Of a DNA stretch of 64,000 bases, positions 61,933 through 64,000 are shown piece by piece (position 1 is the stretch's first letter; the number at the start of each line of letters is the position of its first letter). Made by a program: the position numbers and the translations under genes. Under the pieces are notes generated by a model that was not told the origin of the DNA, made no database searches, and saw only the letters and a program-made list of their open reading frames with translations. The stretch lies in assembly GCA_965197905.1 (NCBI GenBank), contig CBDAOB010000003.1, forward strand, positions 352,001 to 416,000. The letters run 5' to 3'. This DNA comes from Candidatus Latescibacterota bacterium (GTDB lineage: Bacteria > Latescibacterota > UBA2968 > UBA8231).

Positions 61933-63435
61933 CTACTCTTCCTGACTCTCCTGCCCCAGGACTCGATCGATCTTGTTGCGACTCGTCCCTAGGAGCCTGG
62001 CGGCTTCGGAAATATTGCCGTGGTTCTCTTCGATGGCGCGCTGAACGACCCAGAGCTGGGCCTGAGCAGCAGCTTGCTCCAGATCTAAGGGTAGCCTTGG
62101 TATCGGAGCGGTTTCTGGACCAGGTGTAGCGGTGGCGGAGGTTACGGTTGCAGCAAGGTGGAGGTGATGCAGCATGATATCGGCGCCGCTGCTTTCTATG
62201 AGCGCGCGCTCAATGACGTTCTTGAGCTCCCGCACGTTTCCGGGAAAGCGGTGGGCTGTCAATCGTTCAATAACCTCCGGGCTCAGCGCCGGCGCCTCCC
62301 GTCCCATTTCCTGCGCAAACATTTCGAGAAAGTGCTGCGTCAGCAAAGGAATATCTGCCCGCCGCTCGCGCAGCGGCGGGGCTTCAACCGTGTACCGGGC
62401 TAGGCGGAAATAGAGGTCCTGGCGAAACGTAATTGCCTGTATACGCTCCTGTAGATTCACGTTCGTCGCTGCCAGGACGCGCACATCCACTTCCCTACTC
62501 TTGTTAGCGCCGACAGGCCAGACCTGGCCATCTTCGAGCACGCGCAGCAGCTTGCCCTGCAACTCCAGCGGCATATCGCCGATTTCATCAAGGAACAGGG
62601 TGCCTTCGTGCGCCATCTCGAAATATCCGGTCCGATCCGTGTCCGCCCCGGTGAAGGCACCGCGCATGTGTCCGAATAGCAGCGATTCAACCAATTCACC
62701 CGGAACCGCGGCGCAATTGACCGGTACAAACGGTCCGTCCTTGCGCGCGCTACCAAAATGAATGGCCCGCGCGATCAGTTCCTTGCCTGTCCCGCTTTCA
62801 CCCATGATCAACACAGTGGTGGCTATGTTCTCTTGCATGAGACGGATCTCTTTTACGATTCGCTGAAGCGTCTGGCTTTTGCCGACGAACCATTTCAGTC
62901 CCCAACGCTCCACCTCCCGTTGGGAGATCATGGACAGCCGGCCCCTGAGCGCCTTGCGCTGCGCTATCTCCACTTCCAATTCAAGGTTCTTCTCTACCAG
63001 TTCTTCGTTTTTCGCCGCCAGCTCTCCGGCCATTTTGTTCATGCGCACATGGGTGCGCACCCGGACTAGCACCTCCTCCTCCTCCTGTATCGGTTTGGTG
63101 ATGTAGTCCACGCCACCGGCCTCAAAGCCGGCCACGATATCCTCCTTCAAGTCTCTACCGGTTATGAAAATCACCGGAATCTGCTCGGTCGTAGGGTCCT
63201 GTTTGAGCCGGCGGCAGACCTCGTAGCCGTCCATCTCAGGCATCGTCACGTCCAGCAGGATCAGATCGGGAATGACCCGTGCTGCGCTCTTGAGGGCAAC
63301 CTGACCATTTGGCGCCAGCAAGACATCGTAACCTTCGAGTTCGAGCAAGCGGCACAGGAGATCCAAATTGGCCGGCTGGTCGTCCACCAGCAGGATCTTC
63401 GCCCCATCATTCATATCCGAGCTCTCGCTAGACAC
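61933..63435 (-). CDS. Sigma-54-dependent response regulator (REC + AAA+ + HTH)
   Basis: [49 protein letters not shown]. Confidence 0.93.
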   Translation of the reverse strand: MSSESSDMNDGAKILLVDDQPANLDLLCRLLELEGYDVLLAPNGQVALKSAARVIPDLILLDVTMPEMDGYEVCRRLKQDPTTEQIPVIFITGRDLKEDIVAGFEAGGVDYITKPIQEEEEVLVRVRTHVRMNKMAGELAAKNEELVEKNLELEVEIAQRKALRGRLSMISQREVERWGLKWFVGKSQTLQRIVKEIRLMQENIATTVLIMGESGTGKELIARAIHFGSARKDGPFVPVNCAAVPGELVESLLFGHMRGAFTGADTDRTGYFEMAHEGTLFLDEIGDMPLELQGKLLRVLEDGQVWPVGANKSREVDVRVLAATNVNLQERIQAITFRQDLYFRLARYTVEAPPLRERRADIPLLTQHFLEMFAQEMGREAPALSPEVIERLTAHRFPGNVRELKNVIERALIESSGADIMLHHLHLAATVTSATATPGPETAPIPRLPLDLEQAAAQAQLWVVQRAIEENHGNISEAARLLGTSRNKIDRVLGQESQEE

Positions 63436-64000
63436 GGCGCACTTCGGCTAGTATGTTGAGGATCGATTCCATGTCGTGTTGTTGTTTCAACTTCCGCACG
63501 TGCCCGGCCAAGCTCCGTTGGGCATCACCCAGTCTCTCCATCTCCTTAAGACAATTCTCCATCTGGGTCACACTGTAGATCTCGGCGGTCTCCTTCAAAC
63601 GCCCGTGCAGTTCCACGGGCAATTCGACGTGGCCCCAGTCGACTATGTTGCCAGTTGCGGCGGCCGCTTCCACGTATTCCGCGGATTCGAACTCCACCTC
63701 CAGATGTTTGGCAAGGCAAGCACAGATCTGTTCGAAACGAACAGGTTTAGCCAGGAAATCGTCAAAACCGGCGGCTAGATACTCCTGGCGCTCGTGCTCC
63801 AAGACGGATGCCGATATCGCCACCACCTTCACCTGTTGCGAGATACCCTGTTCATGCATCCGCTTCATGACTTCCAGCCCATCTACGACAGGCATGCGAA
63901 TATCCAGGAAGACGATATCCGGTCGCGATTTCTCCAGACAATCAAGAGCTTGCTGGCCATCTTCGGCTAGCACTACCTCTACCCCAATGTCGGTCAGCAT
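63428..64000 (-). CDS. C-terminal receiver domain of a probable hybrid sensor kinase (partial, 5' end outside window)
   Basis: PDIVFLDIRMP, AISASV, AGFDDFLAKP; overlaps the response regulator start. Confidence 0.85.
   Translation of the reverse strand: MLTDIGVEVVLAEDGQQALDCLEKSRPDIVFLDIRMPVVDGLEVMKRMHEQGISQQVKVVAISASVLEHERQEYLAAGFDDFLAKPVRFEQICACLAKHLEVEFESAEYVEAAAATGNIVDWGHVELPVELHGRLKETAEIYSVTQMENCLKEMERLGDAQRSLAGHVRKLKQQHDMESILNILAEVRRV

Noticed and set aside
1..64000. CRISPR array, tRNA, rRNA
   Set aside because: No regularly spaced direct repeats, cloverleafs or rRNA signatures were seen by eye; long repeats are paralogous coding sequence.

Overview
GC-rich bacterial window; gene content resembles Latescibacterota/Poribacteria-type genomes (inference only). 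Three zones. (1) 1-11.2 kb: a decayed, integrase-less run of co-oriented minus-strand cassette-like genes (GNATs, SAM methyltransferases, GST, epimerase). These are separated by a family of branched GCGAAGC-hairpin attC-like elements and interrupted by an IS110 remnant and two different group II intron remnants. (2) 16-33 kb: housekeeping and accessory genes plus many fragments (HugZ-like, AAC(3), bioZ-like/bioD', AKR, bactofilin, recombinase/XDH chimera, PspA), and a sigma-54-driven lipid acylation operon next to its probable activator. (3) 33.7-60.7 kb, with a satellite copy at 11.5-15.8 kb: a large envelope system. It has one ABC ATPase, five ABC-2-like permeases, TolC, two hairpin+NEW3-like membrane-anchored proteins, and ten intact plus one broken paralogous HEAT-TPR-CBM9-like lipoproteins, most in a tandem mosaic array. 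An IS1595-family element carrying a restriction-modification gene interrupts the array. This envelope system is the best candidate for an undescribed system. No rRNA, tRNA or CRISPR array was seen. Frameshifts and deletion-fusions are frequent, so sequencing or assembly artefacts cannot be excluded. All family assignments are by motif recognition, not database search.
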